Positions 1 through 11,875 of a DNA stretch of 64,000 bases are shown here, piece after piece. Numbering within the stretch: the first letter of the stretch is position 1; each line of letters starts with the position of its first letter. The notes beneath the pieces were generated by a model. The model was not told the DNA's origin, ran no database searches, and saw only the letters and a program-made list of their open reading frames with translations. Source of the DNA: Macrostomum lignano (taxonomy: Eukaryota); NCBI GenBank assembly GCA_002269645.1, contig NIVC01000816.1:13673-77672 (forward strand). Reading direction: 5' to 3'. Both the position numbers and the translations under genes were made by a program.

Positions 1-394
1 CATCGATGGGGGCGCCGCCGCGCCAGTCGAGGCTTCGCAGCGCCGGCAGCAGCTTGTCGGCCTCTGCCACCAGCAGGTGCCGGCCGCCGAGCTTCTCCGA
101 CAAGCCGGCGACGCTGGCGAAGGGGCTGGCCGAGCCCTGGCCAGCCGAGTAGACGTCGCCGCCGGACCTGGCGAAGTCGGGCAGGGAGAGGCCCTCATCG
201 ACAGTGACGACCAGCAGCAGGCCGCCGGCGGAGCGGTGCAGGGCTTCGGCCAGCTGCTGAGAGTTCAGGCGAGCCGACGACAGGCTGGCGAGGGAGTCGA
301 CGGAGCCGCGGCTGCTGACCACAACGGCGGGCACCGAGGCGGAGGCGCAGGCCAGGGAGGCCAGAAAAGCCAATAGAGCGAGTTGATGCGGCAT
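1..394 (-). CDS. ATP6AP1: 5' part of a V-ATPase accessory subunit S1 (Ac45)-like signal-peptide protein; runs off the window start
   Basis: Open frame from ATG at 394 (GCTGCCATG context) to position 1: MPHQLALLAFLASLACASASVPAVVVSS...LLLVVTVDEGLSLPDFARSGGDVYSAGQGSASPFASV... Signal peptide present. VPAVVVSS and LSLPDFARSGG resemble Ac45 VPLVLWSS and LSIEDFTAYGG as I recall them. Not in the ORF track because there is no stop inside the window. Confidence 0.6.
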   Translation of the reverse strand, partial: MPHQLALLAFLASLACASASVPAVVVSSRGSVDSLASLSSARLNSQQLAEALHRSAGGLLLVVTVDEGLSLPDFARSGGDVYSAGQGSASPFASVAGLSEKLGGRHLLVAEADKLLPALRSLDWRGGAPID

Positions 395-451
395 GGCAGC
401 TGGGTTGCATGGGGGACATCAGAATTGAATTCGAGTTGGCAAAATTGCTAC

Positions 452-823
452 AAGACTACATGGGGATCAAATGATAACCAAGACTATATTATGGATCAGG
501 TGAGAACCAAGACTATATTGGGGATCAGGTGAGAACCAAGACTATATTAGGGATCAGGTGAGAACCAAGACTATATTGGGGATCAGGTGGGAACCAAGAC
601 TATATTGGGGATCAGGTGAGAACCAAGACTATATTATGGATCAGGTGAGAACCAAGACTATATGAGGATCAGATCAGGTGAGAACCAAGACTATATTAGG
701 GATCAGGTGAGAACCAAGACTATATGAGGATCAGATCAGGTGAGAACCAAGACTATATTAGGGATCAGGTGAGAACCAAGACTATATTGGGGATCAGGTG
801 AGAACCAAGACTATATGAGGATA
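452..823. repeat. 29-bp minisatellite (AGACTATATTRGGGATCAGGTGAGAACCA), about 12 units
   Basis: Unit starts at 481, 510, 539 and onward; lies between the MRPL30 stop and the ATP6AP1-like ATG. Confidence 0.9.
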
Positions 824-969
824 AAATTAAAACCAATACTATAAGTGGATCGGGTAAACAAAGACTACGCTAATAGCAAAAAGACTACAAGAGCAGTTGG
901 CCACGGAGTGCAGCATATTGTAAGAGAACTAACATGTGCTAATCAGTAGGCAGGTATATTTGCAAGCAT

Positions 970-3407
970 TCAATAATTGCGCCAAGGAAACGCATTAAAA
1001 TCGGCTTCAAAGTTCAGATTGGGCCGCTTAGTGCCGTCCGGGTTGGTCCGCCTGGACAGGCTCTGCTTCATGGCGGCGTCCCGGCGCCACAGGCCCGAGT
1101 AGCGGTAGGCGGAGCCGTCCTGCATGTGCTGGTAGCGGTGGTGCTGGGTGAAATACTCGCTAAACATCAGGCAGGCCTTCCAGCGGCGCTCGTGGTAGCG
1201 CGGCATCGAGTGGATTCGGCGCTTGGAGGCTTCCAGCTCGGCCTCGGCGTGCCGCTCCGGCTGGACCTCCACGGCGGAGCCGGCGAGACGGCGGCGCATG
1301 CGCAGCTCGCCGCACTCGTTTGTGTAGCAGTTGGACAGGTCCGCCTCGGTGGCCGGCAGCCCGTCTGGCATCGTCAGCGGCTGGATCTGCGGCGAGGGAG
1401 GGCGATTCTCTATGGATCTCTGTGCTCAGGGGCGATTCTACAGGGGTCTCTGTGCTCAGGGTGATTCTTTAGGGGTCTCTGTGCTCAGGGGCGATTCTTT
1501 AGGGGTCTCTGTGCTCAGGGCGATTCTTTAGGGGTCTCTGTGCTCAGGGGCGATTCTTTAGGGGTCTCTGTGCTCAGGGGCGATTCTTTATGGATCTCTG
1601 TGCTCAGGGGCGATTCTTTATGGGTCTCTGTGCTCAGGGTGATTCTTTAGGGGTCTCTGTGCTCAGGGGCGATTCTTTAGGGGTCTCTGTGCTCAGGGGC
1701 GATTCTTTAGGGGTCTCTGTGCTCAGGGTGATTCTTTATGGATCTCTGTGCTTAGGGGCGATTCTTTATGGATCTCTGTGCTCAGGGGCGATTCTTTAGG
1801 GGTCTCTGTGCTCAGGGGCGATTCCTTATGGATCTCTGTGCTCAGGGGCGATTCTTTATGGATCTCTGTGTTTAGGGGCGATTCTTTATGGATCTCTGTG
1901 CTCAGGGGCGATTCTTTATGGATCTCTGTGCTCAGGGGCGATTCTTTAGGGGTCTCTGTGCTCAGGGGCGATTCTTTATGGATCTCTGTGCTCAGGGGCG
2001 ATTCTTTATGGATCTCTGTGCTCAGGGGCGATTCTTTAGGGGTCTCTGTGCTCAGGGGCGATTCTTTAGGGGTCTCTGTGCTCAGAGGCGATTCTTTAGG
2101 GTCTCTGTGCTCAGGGGCGATTCTTTATGGATCTCTGTGCTCAGGGGCGATTCTTTAGGGGTCTCTGTGCTCAGGGGCGATTCTTTAGGGGTCTCTGTGC
2201 TCAGGGGCGATTCTTTATGGATCTCTGTGCTCAGGGGCGATTCTTTATGGATCTCTGTGCTCAGGGGCGATTCTTTAGGGGTCTCTGTGCTCAGGAGCGA
2301 TTCTTTATGGATCTCTGTGCTCAGGGGCGATTCTTTATGGGTCTCTGTGCTCAGGGTGATTCTTTATGGATCTCTGTGCTTAGGGGCGATTCTTTATGGA
2401 TCTCTGTGCTCAGGGGCGATTCTTTAGGGGTCTCTGTGCTCAGGGGCGATTCCTTATGGATCTCTGTGCTCAGGGGCGATTCTTTATGGATCTCTGTGTT
2501 TAGGGGCGATTCTTTATGGATCTCTGTGCTCAGGGGCGATTCTTTATGGATCTCTGTGCTCAGGGACGATTCTTTAGGGGTCTCTGTGCTCAGGAGCGAT
2601 TCTTTAGGGGTCTCTGTGCTCAGGGGCGATTCTTTATGGATCTCTGTGCTCAGGGGCGATTCTTTAGGGGTCTTTGTGCTCAGGGGAGATTCTCTATGGA
2701 TCTCTGTGCTCAGCGGCGATTCTCTATGGGCCTCTGTTTTTGTTGGATAGGACTCAGGTGCGATATTTTTATAGGCTTGGAACTGGGTAATGATTATTGA
2801 CTTTGGATTGAGAGGCGATTCTGACAAACGGCTCATACAAGAGAAGAAGCAATCAAATAAAAGCAGCAGTGCTATTTTGTCTCTAAGGATTCTAAGACTA
2901 AGATCCGACACAAAAGAAGCAAATAAACGCCAAGCTTACCTGCAACAGGTGCTGCACTTTCCGCAGATCATCAGCCACACTGGGAATATTGGGCAGGGGC
3001 AGCCACTGCCGCATAGGGGTGTCCTTTTCCATGCCCAGCTTGTACAGCAGGCACTTTTCATAGTAGGTGCTGGCTTTCCAGGGCAGCAGGCGCCGGATCA
3101 TGAGCACCTTGGTGGGCTCCGGCTGAGCAGCCGCCTGGCCAGACTGCTCCAGTTTCTGCTTCTGGGCGGCCTCAGCCGCGTGCAGATCGAACAGCCGCTT
3201 GGCCCAGGCCTGCGGCTGCAGGTGCTCAACGCTGCCCGGCACCGGCTTGGACTCCCAGGTGCGGCCAACCTGGAGGACGCCGCTGGAGTGAAGGCAGCGA
3301 CGGGAGACGACGCTGACGCCGCACAGGCGAATCGAAGTCAATGGGGACGGCATGCAGCAATAGGAGAGCAGGGCTTTATTAGCTACTGGTAGTAGCCACT
3401 CAGGCAT
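970..3407 (-). CDS. MRPL30: Mitochondrial ribosomal protein uL30m, 2 exons (3407-2940, 1386-970), about 294 aa
   Basis: Phase-0 intron CAG|GTAAGC (2939) to CCGCAG|ATC (1387) joins ...EKCLLYKLGMEK...LPNIPSVADDLRKVQHLLQ to IQPLTMPDGLPATEADLSNCYTNECGEL. This matches the MRPL30 pattern [29 protein letters not shown]...GEL. Confidence 0.9.
1400..2736. repeat. 30-bp minisatellite (GATCTCTGTGCTCAGGGGCGATTCTTTATG), about 44 units, filling the MRPL30 intron
   Basis: Clear 30-bp periodicity; explains the repetitive ORFs at 1331-2911. Confidence 0.95.
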
Positions 3408-4168
3408 GGAAATACCTTTATTCGATTCAAAATCAGGTTCATCTAGATAAGTTGATGCAACTACTTTTCTAAGTAGTTTGTTTGCATAAAGAGCTTACTT
3501 TAAATACTTATACTTGGCCATGGGTACATATGGGTATTGGCAACTGCTATATATAGCAATTTACATTACCAAAACTAGCTACCACATAGTAATACTATAA
3601 TTTGCGAAATATTTTAATTATAATAATCATATATCCTACTGTCAAAATTTTCTTTAGTTTAAATATAGGTTACTAATATAACTTATAAAAAATATAACCT
3701 AATAATAACTTATAATATATAATATTTCCTGATAATATTACCAATATTCTATCTACTAATCTTGCTATATATATAGGCCTAGACCTTTTCATTAAATACA
3801 GTATAAAGAAATTAGCCTTGAATAAGATTATATAATTGTATAATTGTAATATTTATTAGCACTAGAATTCTAGAAATATTCTTAAAATCTAGGATTAGAG
3901 GCAAAAACCTAAAAAGCATTTTATAAGTAAGTATCATCTATATCATGAGCTTTTTCCACCTTTTTTATTTTAATAGACTTCTTTTTATTTAGAACTTGAG
4001 ATTTGTCCTTGGATATTTGCTCTCATTTGCCTATAGACACTTAAATATTCAAAACTATACCAAACAGCATTCACAAAAAATTATATTTAGTGCAATAAAA
4101 GCCAAAATATATTTTTGTAAATAGTAGTATACAATATAATTAACAATTATCTTATATACCAATATACT

Positions 4169-4448
4169 CATACATGCGCAACGTCCAAAATTCGGTTGGC
4201 CGTGCGACTTAGTTTTAACAAAAATGCGACGTAGTTTTTGGCCAAAAATGCGACTTACATGTAAAAAAACCCTAAAGCAAAATTAACGCAACTTTGGGTA
4301 AACGGCGGGAGTAACTATGACTGTCTTATCAGGCTACTTAGTACTACTGCGTGGGTATTTTTTGGGTGGGCATTTTTGCGACTTCCTTGGTTGGCTGCCA
4401 AATCAGTCGGCCGGATCGGCCGACTCGGCCGACTGTTGCGCATGTATG
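4169..4448. mobile_element. hAT-type MITE, 280 bp
   Basis: Perfect 14-bp TIR CATACATGCGCAAC (4169-4182) / GTTGCGCATGTATG (4435-4448). Perfect 8-bp TSD AATATACT (4161-4168 and 4449-4456). Confidence 0.85.
4296..4328 (+). other. 33-nt 28S rRNA-like fragment (upstream half of the R2 / I-PpoI target) inside the MITE
   Basis: GGGTAAACGGCGGGAGTAACTATGACTGTCTTA versus conserved 28S GGGTAAACGGCGGGAGTAACTATGACTCTCTTA: 32/33 identical. Flanks are not rDNA. Confidence 0.8.
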
Positions 4449-7400
4449 AATATACTAAGACTAAATAATAGCACAGAGGGCTAGCTTTCTTTGGCAAACC
4501 ATAGAATGTTCTACCATACTTTTGCATTTAATCTGGTATACAATGTATAAAAACTATTCATATTTATATAAATACTGTTAGTGCAACTAGAAAAAGTGAT
4601 CAAGGCATAGCTACCCCATTTCGGCAGAAATACATAAAAAATATAAGCCATATGCCAGTCCTAAGCTTGCACTAGGCCCATGCAAGTACAAGAATTGTAC
4701 AAGAATCCTATACCCATGCAAGTAGGAATGTTTTGCCTTGCATGCCATATGGCCTACTTAGACGCAGTAGAGGCATTTATATAATAAGAATAGGCCTAGA
4801 CCACCAATGAAATTTTGGTCAATATATAGATGTTTACATTGGCATTGGCAATGGCTAGACTTCTAGCACTAGAACCTATTCTCTAATGGCTATGGATCTA
4901 ATAGCTTCTATTCTATTCTTAGATGGAATTAGACCCTAAATAAAAACAAAGATATAGTATATCTATATAAGAAGTCTTTCAATATTAGAAATAGCCATTT
5001 TGAATCTCATCATATTGTTAGGGCCATAAGTGAGATTTATAAATTTGAAAAATATTAAAATATTTGCATTTTATATCTTGTTGAGTATTTTGTTTTCTTT
5101 CTTGTTTGTTGTTTTGATTTGTTGAGTATTTTTTAGTTTATAAAAATTGGTCTAATAATAAAAAATTCATGACCATTTTCACTAAAGTTTTTTTACCTTT
5201 ATAGTGTATTTTCCAATAATAAACTATGATTTATAATACCAAAAAATTATCATTTTGTATTTTAAAACATAACTTTGTAACCACTAAACCAATTTTTGTG
5301 TGAAAATATATAATAGTCAATTTTTCATGATTATAATTTTTTGCTCTTTTAATCTGTAAATATTGGGGAAAATATAGCATAGTTTAGCTTGAAATTGGTG
5401 ATATTTCATGCAGAGACTTTAAATAAAAAATGGAAAAATGAATAATTATGATTTCTAAATGGATTGTGATAGTATTTTGTTTAAAAAGTATTTTGTACTA
5501 TGGCTATATCTATGATATACTTTTTAAGCTTTTAGTACATAGTACTTTTTGTCAATATGGCTATATGCTATAAAAACAAGCAAGATATTTAAGGCTCCTT
5601 GTTTGATACTTAATTACTTTCATTAGAACCAAATCTAAGGCAACATATATATGGAATATATCAATTTTTTAGAGCCTACTATTTTACCTAAAGGCTTTTA
5701 AGTGCTTTACTCAAGCAGCTAGGTTCAAAGATCCTTGGTCACAAGATAAGATTAATCTATAGGCAAGTAATGTTATGCAAGCAAGTAAGTCCAAAATTGG
5801 GTTGATTTATTGCACTGCTTAGCAAGTTGTAGCAGAATATGCAATGATAGCAAGACAATATTGGGGAAGCTACTAGATGAGCCATTTACCATTCCCAAGA
5901 CTACTAAGTCAATGGTCATGGAAAATACTATTAGCTTAACTATTCTGACCATGCTTAGGATGTAGCTTAGCCTTTGAGCAGTATACCTTAACTGGCTAGC
6001 AGTTACTTTCTTAGGAGAAACATCTCTGCAAGAAAGCTACATAGAATTTAGCAAACTGTCAAGGAGAGTTTTGTTGAGGTGGCTAATCTATAACAAGGAC
6101 TAATTGATCATGATGCCAAGATAATGCAACTCCAATGAAAGATTGGCAAATGCTAAGACTTGTATATGATTAGATTAGCCAAAGGCTATGCCACATACAA
6201 TTGTATTTAGTATATAGCTAATGTAATGATAATGTATATAACAAACTAAGCAAATGGCATGATTCTGCATGATGACTTATTTACTATTCACCCATTAGTT
6301 AGCTACCCCATTTTATTTGTTATCTAGTATGCAGCTATCCACTCCACTATGTATATTTTAATGTTAGTTTATTGTCAGTAAAAACTGTGTGACAATGAGA
6401 TTATATTTGATTTGGGCTATTAGGGATAGGGGCTACTTATGCCAATTGGTTTTTACCAACATTAAATTGATGTTGAAATGTATATAGCCAATGTATATAA
6501 CAAACTAAGCAAACAGCATGATTGCATGATGACTCATTTACCACTCATTTCTTGGTCAGCCACTTCATTCTGCTTATCCTCTAGTGCCATAGTCCCAAGT
6601 ATGCAATGTTTATACAATAATATTTTTGCTTTGCACCTTATACATAGGAGGGTTAGATCAAATCTACTGAGCGTGCACTGCTAGATTAAAAGAAGGATTG
6701 CAAATTGAGGTGTTACAACAATAAAGGACCTTTTTAACATTGCGACAATAAAAGACCCTTTTCTGCATTGCAATAATAAAGGACCTTTTTGCACTATAAC
6801 AATAGAAGACCCTTTTTTATATCAACTTTTTTATAGAAGATTGCAAATAAACAATAGGGCCTACTTTTAAAATGTTTCTCTTTGCAACCTAAATACATTT
6901 ATTTGCTTTTTATTTTTTATATTTTCTGTCTTTCTTAGGCCCATTAATATAGAATATTTATTTTATAAGTGACAAGTATCACTGCATATTTTTAAAAAGA
7001 CTACAAATTTTTATGGCATAGCGATAGCTATTAGATAGCTCTGACTATGGAGCCATATATAATTTTTATGCCAGACTATTGTGCAAAGCATGCCAAAACT
7101 TTTCTACTTTTTAATATATACCATGCATGCCTAGGTTAAGTTGCATATAAGAATTTCCCCCAAAATTATCTTTAGGAGTATGGGTCCAATGTGTAGCCAC
7201 CTTATTCCTAGTCCTACTAGGCCTAGCCTATATATATTTTAATTTTAATGTAAGTTTAATTTTAACATAGGTAAAAACTGATTGGCCAAAGTTATATACT
7301 ATTCTATTAGTACTTGCATCTTACTTTGTACATGCCTACCATAGCCATCCTAGTTATGAGTCATTTTAAACTTTCTATTATTGCCTAGGCAGTGACTATT

Positions 7401-10290
7401 TGTCTAGTATCAGATAAATAATGTAACCATTATTTGTCTAGTACTGGATAAATAAAAGTGAAGTTATTTGTCCAGCACAGTATAGATGTAGATATATAAT
7501 AAAAACTTGTAAAATACAGGGAATACTCAAAAAGTAGTATATAGTTCACTTTTAGGCTAGAAGCAGAAAATATTTATTATGATTAGATAGTGCTGTTTCT
7601 TAAAAATTCTAGAACTTTGGGCAAAAAATACTTGGGCACAAGTCTACATGTCATTGCCTAATCTAGCAGTTTTGTATAATTTTTACCTTTATTATATTTT
7701 GTTCTATATATATTGGTATGTTTTGGTTTCACAATAAATAGTAGTCATAGTATAGTCAAAATTAATAACGACAATTGCTGCTATATAACACAAATGCCAA
7801 AGTAAGGACTTAGAGTTATTACAATAACAATTGGAATTGTTACAATAAAAAAAGTGGAGTCATCACTACAGGTTTGAACTGAGTACTGACTGATCATTAG
7901 GAAGACACTAACATCATGCTAGTATACCTTGCTAGAAATGGAAAAGATAGGCAGAGTGGCATATGAATTCATGCAACTCAGCCAGTATTGGACAAATAAC
8001 TTCTAATATTTATCTGGTGCCAGATGAATAGTCACTGCCTATTGTCTATTTAATTGCTTTTAAAATTATTTATGTATGCCAAATATACTTTACAAATTAA
8101 CTCTTAAGTTATATGGACTAAGTTATATGCATCTTTAATGGCTATAGATCTGGCATATAAACTAGGCCTAGGCCTACTGCCTACTCTGTTTATTTTAAAT
8201 ATAGGCTTATACATGATATCAATAATAATTGTAGAAGTGGTTAATAATTTCTAGGAATATAACAGTTTGAATCTGCACTAATAATTTGTTTTACTCTATA
8301 AAATATTCTATATATTCTATATATTCTTAATATTTGATGATTGTTAAAAATACACACTTTCGGATAGTATAAATAAGAGTAGGCTGAGACTCCCTAAGAG
8401 GAAGAAGAGACAACTCATTTGCTAGCTATAAGCTCAAAACGTGTTTGATTGAATCATTTTCAGATCATTGCTTATTTCTAAAGAGTATTGCAGAGAAGGT
8501 TGAAAGTTGGGAATTGAGAGTTCATGCAAGAGTAGTACTAAGAGTAGGCCTAATCGCTGTGACCCTCTAATCTTGGTAATGCCCAGACTGGAGAGAGAGA
8601 AAAAGTACATATACCAGTAAGACTGCTCAGGCCATATACTAAGAACACTACCAGACCACCTACTAAGAACGCTACCAGAACACTACAAGAATGCTACCCA
8701 GAAATATATGAGATTCTAAGAAACAGTTAAAACATTAAGGCAAGATTAAGTCAAATGTCAACAGTAGAAATTTAATAGAGAAAGTAAGCCCTACAACAAC
8801 TTTGGTGGCTTAACAGTGGGATTTTGTATTGTACAGGAACACCCCTAGCACAACTTTGGTGGCAATTAGTATAATAGTTGGACAGAAGTAATCCCTAGCA
8901 TATAATGAAGAGCTCCAATTGTAAAACTCATATATTAAATGTTAATCTAGGCTCCTAATTTAGTAATAAATTCTTTACTTTTGTTAGTAATAAAATTGTA
9001 TTATATTGTTTGATAAATAAAATGGAGAGCTTGCATGCATGGGCATGGAAGCCATCCACCCAGTGTTTCAATTGTGTGCACATCTTTAACTTATTAATAC
9101 AATATGTTGTAGGCCTATACTCTTCAAATTATTGGAAATTCGAACCTACATTGTCATTAGCTTTAGCTATTTTGTATTTATTGGTATTGGTAGTGCCAGA
9201 ACAGCAGAACTGTAGCCATTGCCAAATAGAATAAATTTATCAACTGATCATTTGAGTGATCAACTGTGTCATATTATAATTTATAGGGAAAGATAGTAAA
9301 TCTTTACGACTTTAGGCTTATTTCCGTTTCCACTTTCTCATTCCAGCCACTTGAATAATTAGATTAGGGCTAGATCTAGCTAACCTAACCCAATGTTAAT
9401 AAGCGTCAGTCTATTTCTGCCTCTGTCCATATTACACGCGTCGCGTCGCTTACGTATTTTACTTTTACGTTATGAAATGTCAAATGAATTTGTTTATTCA
9501 AGTTAACCTGTTCATGATTAATCTAATATATCTAATATATTTTTTATTAAAACTCAACTTCAACTTACTAATGACTAAAAGGGCGATGAAGTCAATTTAG
9601 ACATTTTCTATAATGTACCCTCATACTTGATACTTATAATAAAACATCACTAATTTTCGATCGACGACAAAAAAGTGAAAATTAAAAATTCGCTATTTAC
9701 TATTTAAAACAAGTTAATTTATACAAGAGAGTTTGAGTTTTTACTGATTAGCTTTAAGCAGAACTTTATGCATACAATTTAATGGCTGTTATTAGGTGGC
9801 TACACTAATTTTTGAGATTTCTAGCTTTTTTTCTAACGTAAATGATTATCATCGTTAAAAAACGAGAGCTCTATAAGCATTTTTTGTTTTTTTAATTATT
9901 ATTAATCAGACGCTGGTTCAAGAGTGAGCGAAGCACCCGCTGCTAGAAAACCTCTGAGTCCAGCCTAGCTGCAGACTAAGGGTTAAGGCGCGGCCTACTA
10001 GAGCCTGCAAGTCAGTGAGGAGTGTCAGTCAGAGGCATGGTGCAGCCCCCTGGCCCCGGGCGGAGTCTCCCACAAGGCGGGGCTGAGCAGCAGGTCGGCG
10101 AGCGGGGGCCCAGTGCTCCGTGTGTGCATGGGGACCGCAGGTGGTAGTGGCGTCAACACCTGCTGGCGTCGCCTCTGCAAAGTGCGACCCAGGGGTGCAT
10201 GCACACGCGGGTCGATCCGGGCCGCCAGCTCAGCGTTGCTCTCGGAAGAGAACCGGGGGGATGCACTATATAAGCATACAATCATTGTTC

Positions 10291-10476
10291 CAGGAGCGGA
10301 TCCAGAAAGGGGGCCATGACCCCCGTCAGCCGCGGCCAAAAAATTGGGCCACATGCTTTTTTTGGCTGCAACTGGCCAGGTCTCATTACATGTACAGTGT
10401 AATTTCCTATATTTGGGTTGTGGTGCTTGGTATAGCTACCCCCTCCCCCCCCCCAAAATTTCTGGATTTGCGCCTG
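10291..10476. mobile_element. Possible degenerate MITE
   Basis: Imperfect TIR CAGGAGCGGATCCAGAAA / TTTCTGGATTTGCGCCTG; no clean TSD. Confidence 0.35.
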
Positions 10477-11669
10477 TTTAGTTCAATGGATTTCTTATTT
10501 GCGCAGTCATAATAAACATACAGTATGACATTACATGTACATTTGCATTTGATGGGTCATTTAAATTGATAAATACGCCAAATTTAATTTGTACGTTCCA
10601 CGATGCGGTTCGTTTATTCGTTTGTCACAAAAAAGCCCGTACATGTACATATGTATCTCACGTTTTTTATACTTTGACTCGCAAAATACTCATCTTTGAT
10701 ATTTGGTACATGCTACATCAACTTTTGTAGAACATAAAGCTGTCAGGAGTGTCAGAAAACAGTTCTGTATTCGGGGGCCTGCACTACATGTACAGAGAAC
10801 TTTTTACTGGGCTTAGATTGTTCATGTGCAGGCATAAAACAAGGAACGCTGCACACACTAGCTCATATAAAAGAAACCTGCAGATATCATTTACACAGAC
10901 TGAGAAAATTCTCGGATCTGTAATCGTTCAATGCACAGCAGCAATACACAGGTAATGCACAGGCAACTACACAGTCAAGTTTCAACGCTGTCACGCTGCA
11001 ACTATGATAAGCTTGCAATGATAATGACCTAGGAAAGGCAATGTAGAGAGAGATCTACCAGGCTTGGCCAGTGACGCACCGGCACCAATTCAGGCACCAA
11101 TAAGATAATACTTAACACTCGAGTTAGCAAGAAAGCCAAGCAAACTGAAAGAAAAAAACAACAATATCTCAGCTTTAATGTTTCTAATACGTTCAGAGAA
11201 GCGAATGTGAAGTCTTTAAAAAGAGCACAATTGATTTACTCCTATAGAAAACCTACGCAACAAAATCGAAGAACAATATGAAAAACGAAGTCGACGTGCC
11301 TCGTCTTTAAGATAGCCATACCAATCATTAACACCGGAACTGTTACTATTATAACAAACTAGTCATTTGGAAAAGTATTATAGCAAAAAATAGAGATCAG
11401 ATGCGGAATCAGATTACTAATAAAACTATAAAAACCCAGTGCAGCGCAGAGCTGAAGGAAGACGGAGGATCCTTTTCTTTTTTATCGTTTCGATTCGCTG
11501 CGGCACTGCAGTATAAAGTACAGAGAGTACGTTATAGCTGGATGAATAAGAGCAAGCAGACACAGTGTCAATAGAATGTCGCAACGATTACAAGTGTGTG
11601 AATATTTAAGAATAAATATAATAATCTATTCCAAGAAATGTTTTTTAAATCAGCAAACTAAATCATAGT

Positions 11670-11675
11670 TTTATT
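11670..11675 (-). terminator. Candidate polyadenylation signal (AATAAA) for the DyP gene
   Basis: TTTATT on the plus strand about 200 nt beyond the DyP stop. Confidence 0.35.
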
Positions 11676-11756
11676 TGTTGATAGAAACTATTCGTTAGCA
11701 GAGGAGCAACCAAGTGCGGGCATTTCTCTCTGATGACCTTGGTGTGGCAAGGTCAT

Positions 11757-11846
11757 CTATCATCTATCTATCTATGTATCTATCTATGTGTCTATGTATC
11801 TATGTATCTATGTATCTATCTCTCTATCTCTCTCTATCTCTATCCA
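11757..11846. repeat. (ATCT)n/(ATCTCT)-type microsatellite in the DyP 3' region
   Basis: Direct reading of the sequence. Confidence 0.8.
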
Positions 11847-11875
11847 GTATCAGGTTGCAGCCTCGCCCAGCTCAC

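Noticed and set aside
77-419. ORF-track ORFs 77..376(+) and 195..419(-)
   Set aside because: Shadow frames of the ATP6AP1-like exon, whose true frame starts at 394 on the minus strand.
4296-4328. rRNA gene
   Set aside because: Only 33 nt match; the surroundings are a MITE, not rDNA.
5640-6200. Degenerate transposase remnant in the CpG-poor region
   Set aside because: Faint hAT-like impression on the minus strand, but too many stops to support a call without an HMM search.
10025-10512. Protein-coding gene in the GC-rich patch near 10.0-10.5 kb
   Set aside because: Short overlapping ORFs with no recognisable motif or consistent splice signals; more likely transposon-derived.
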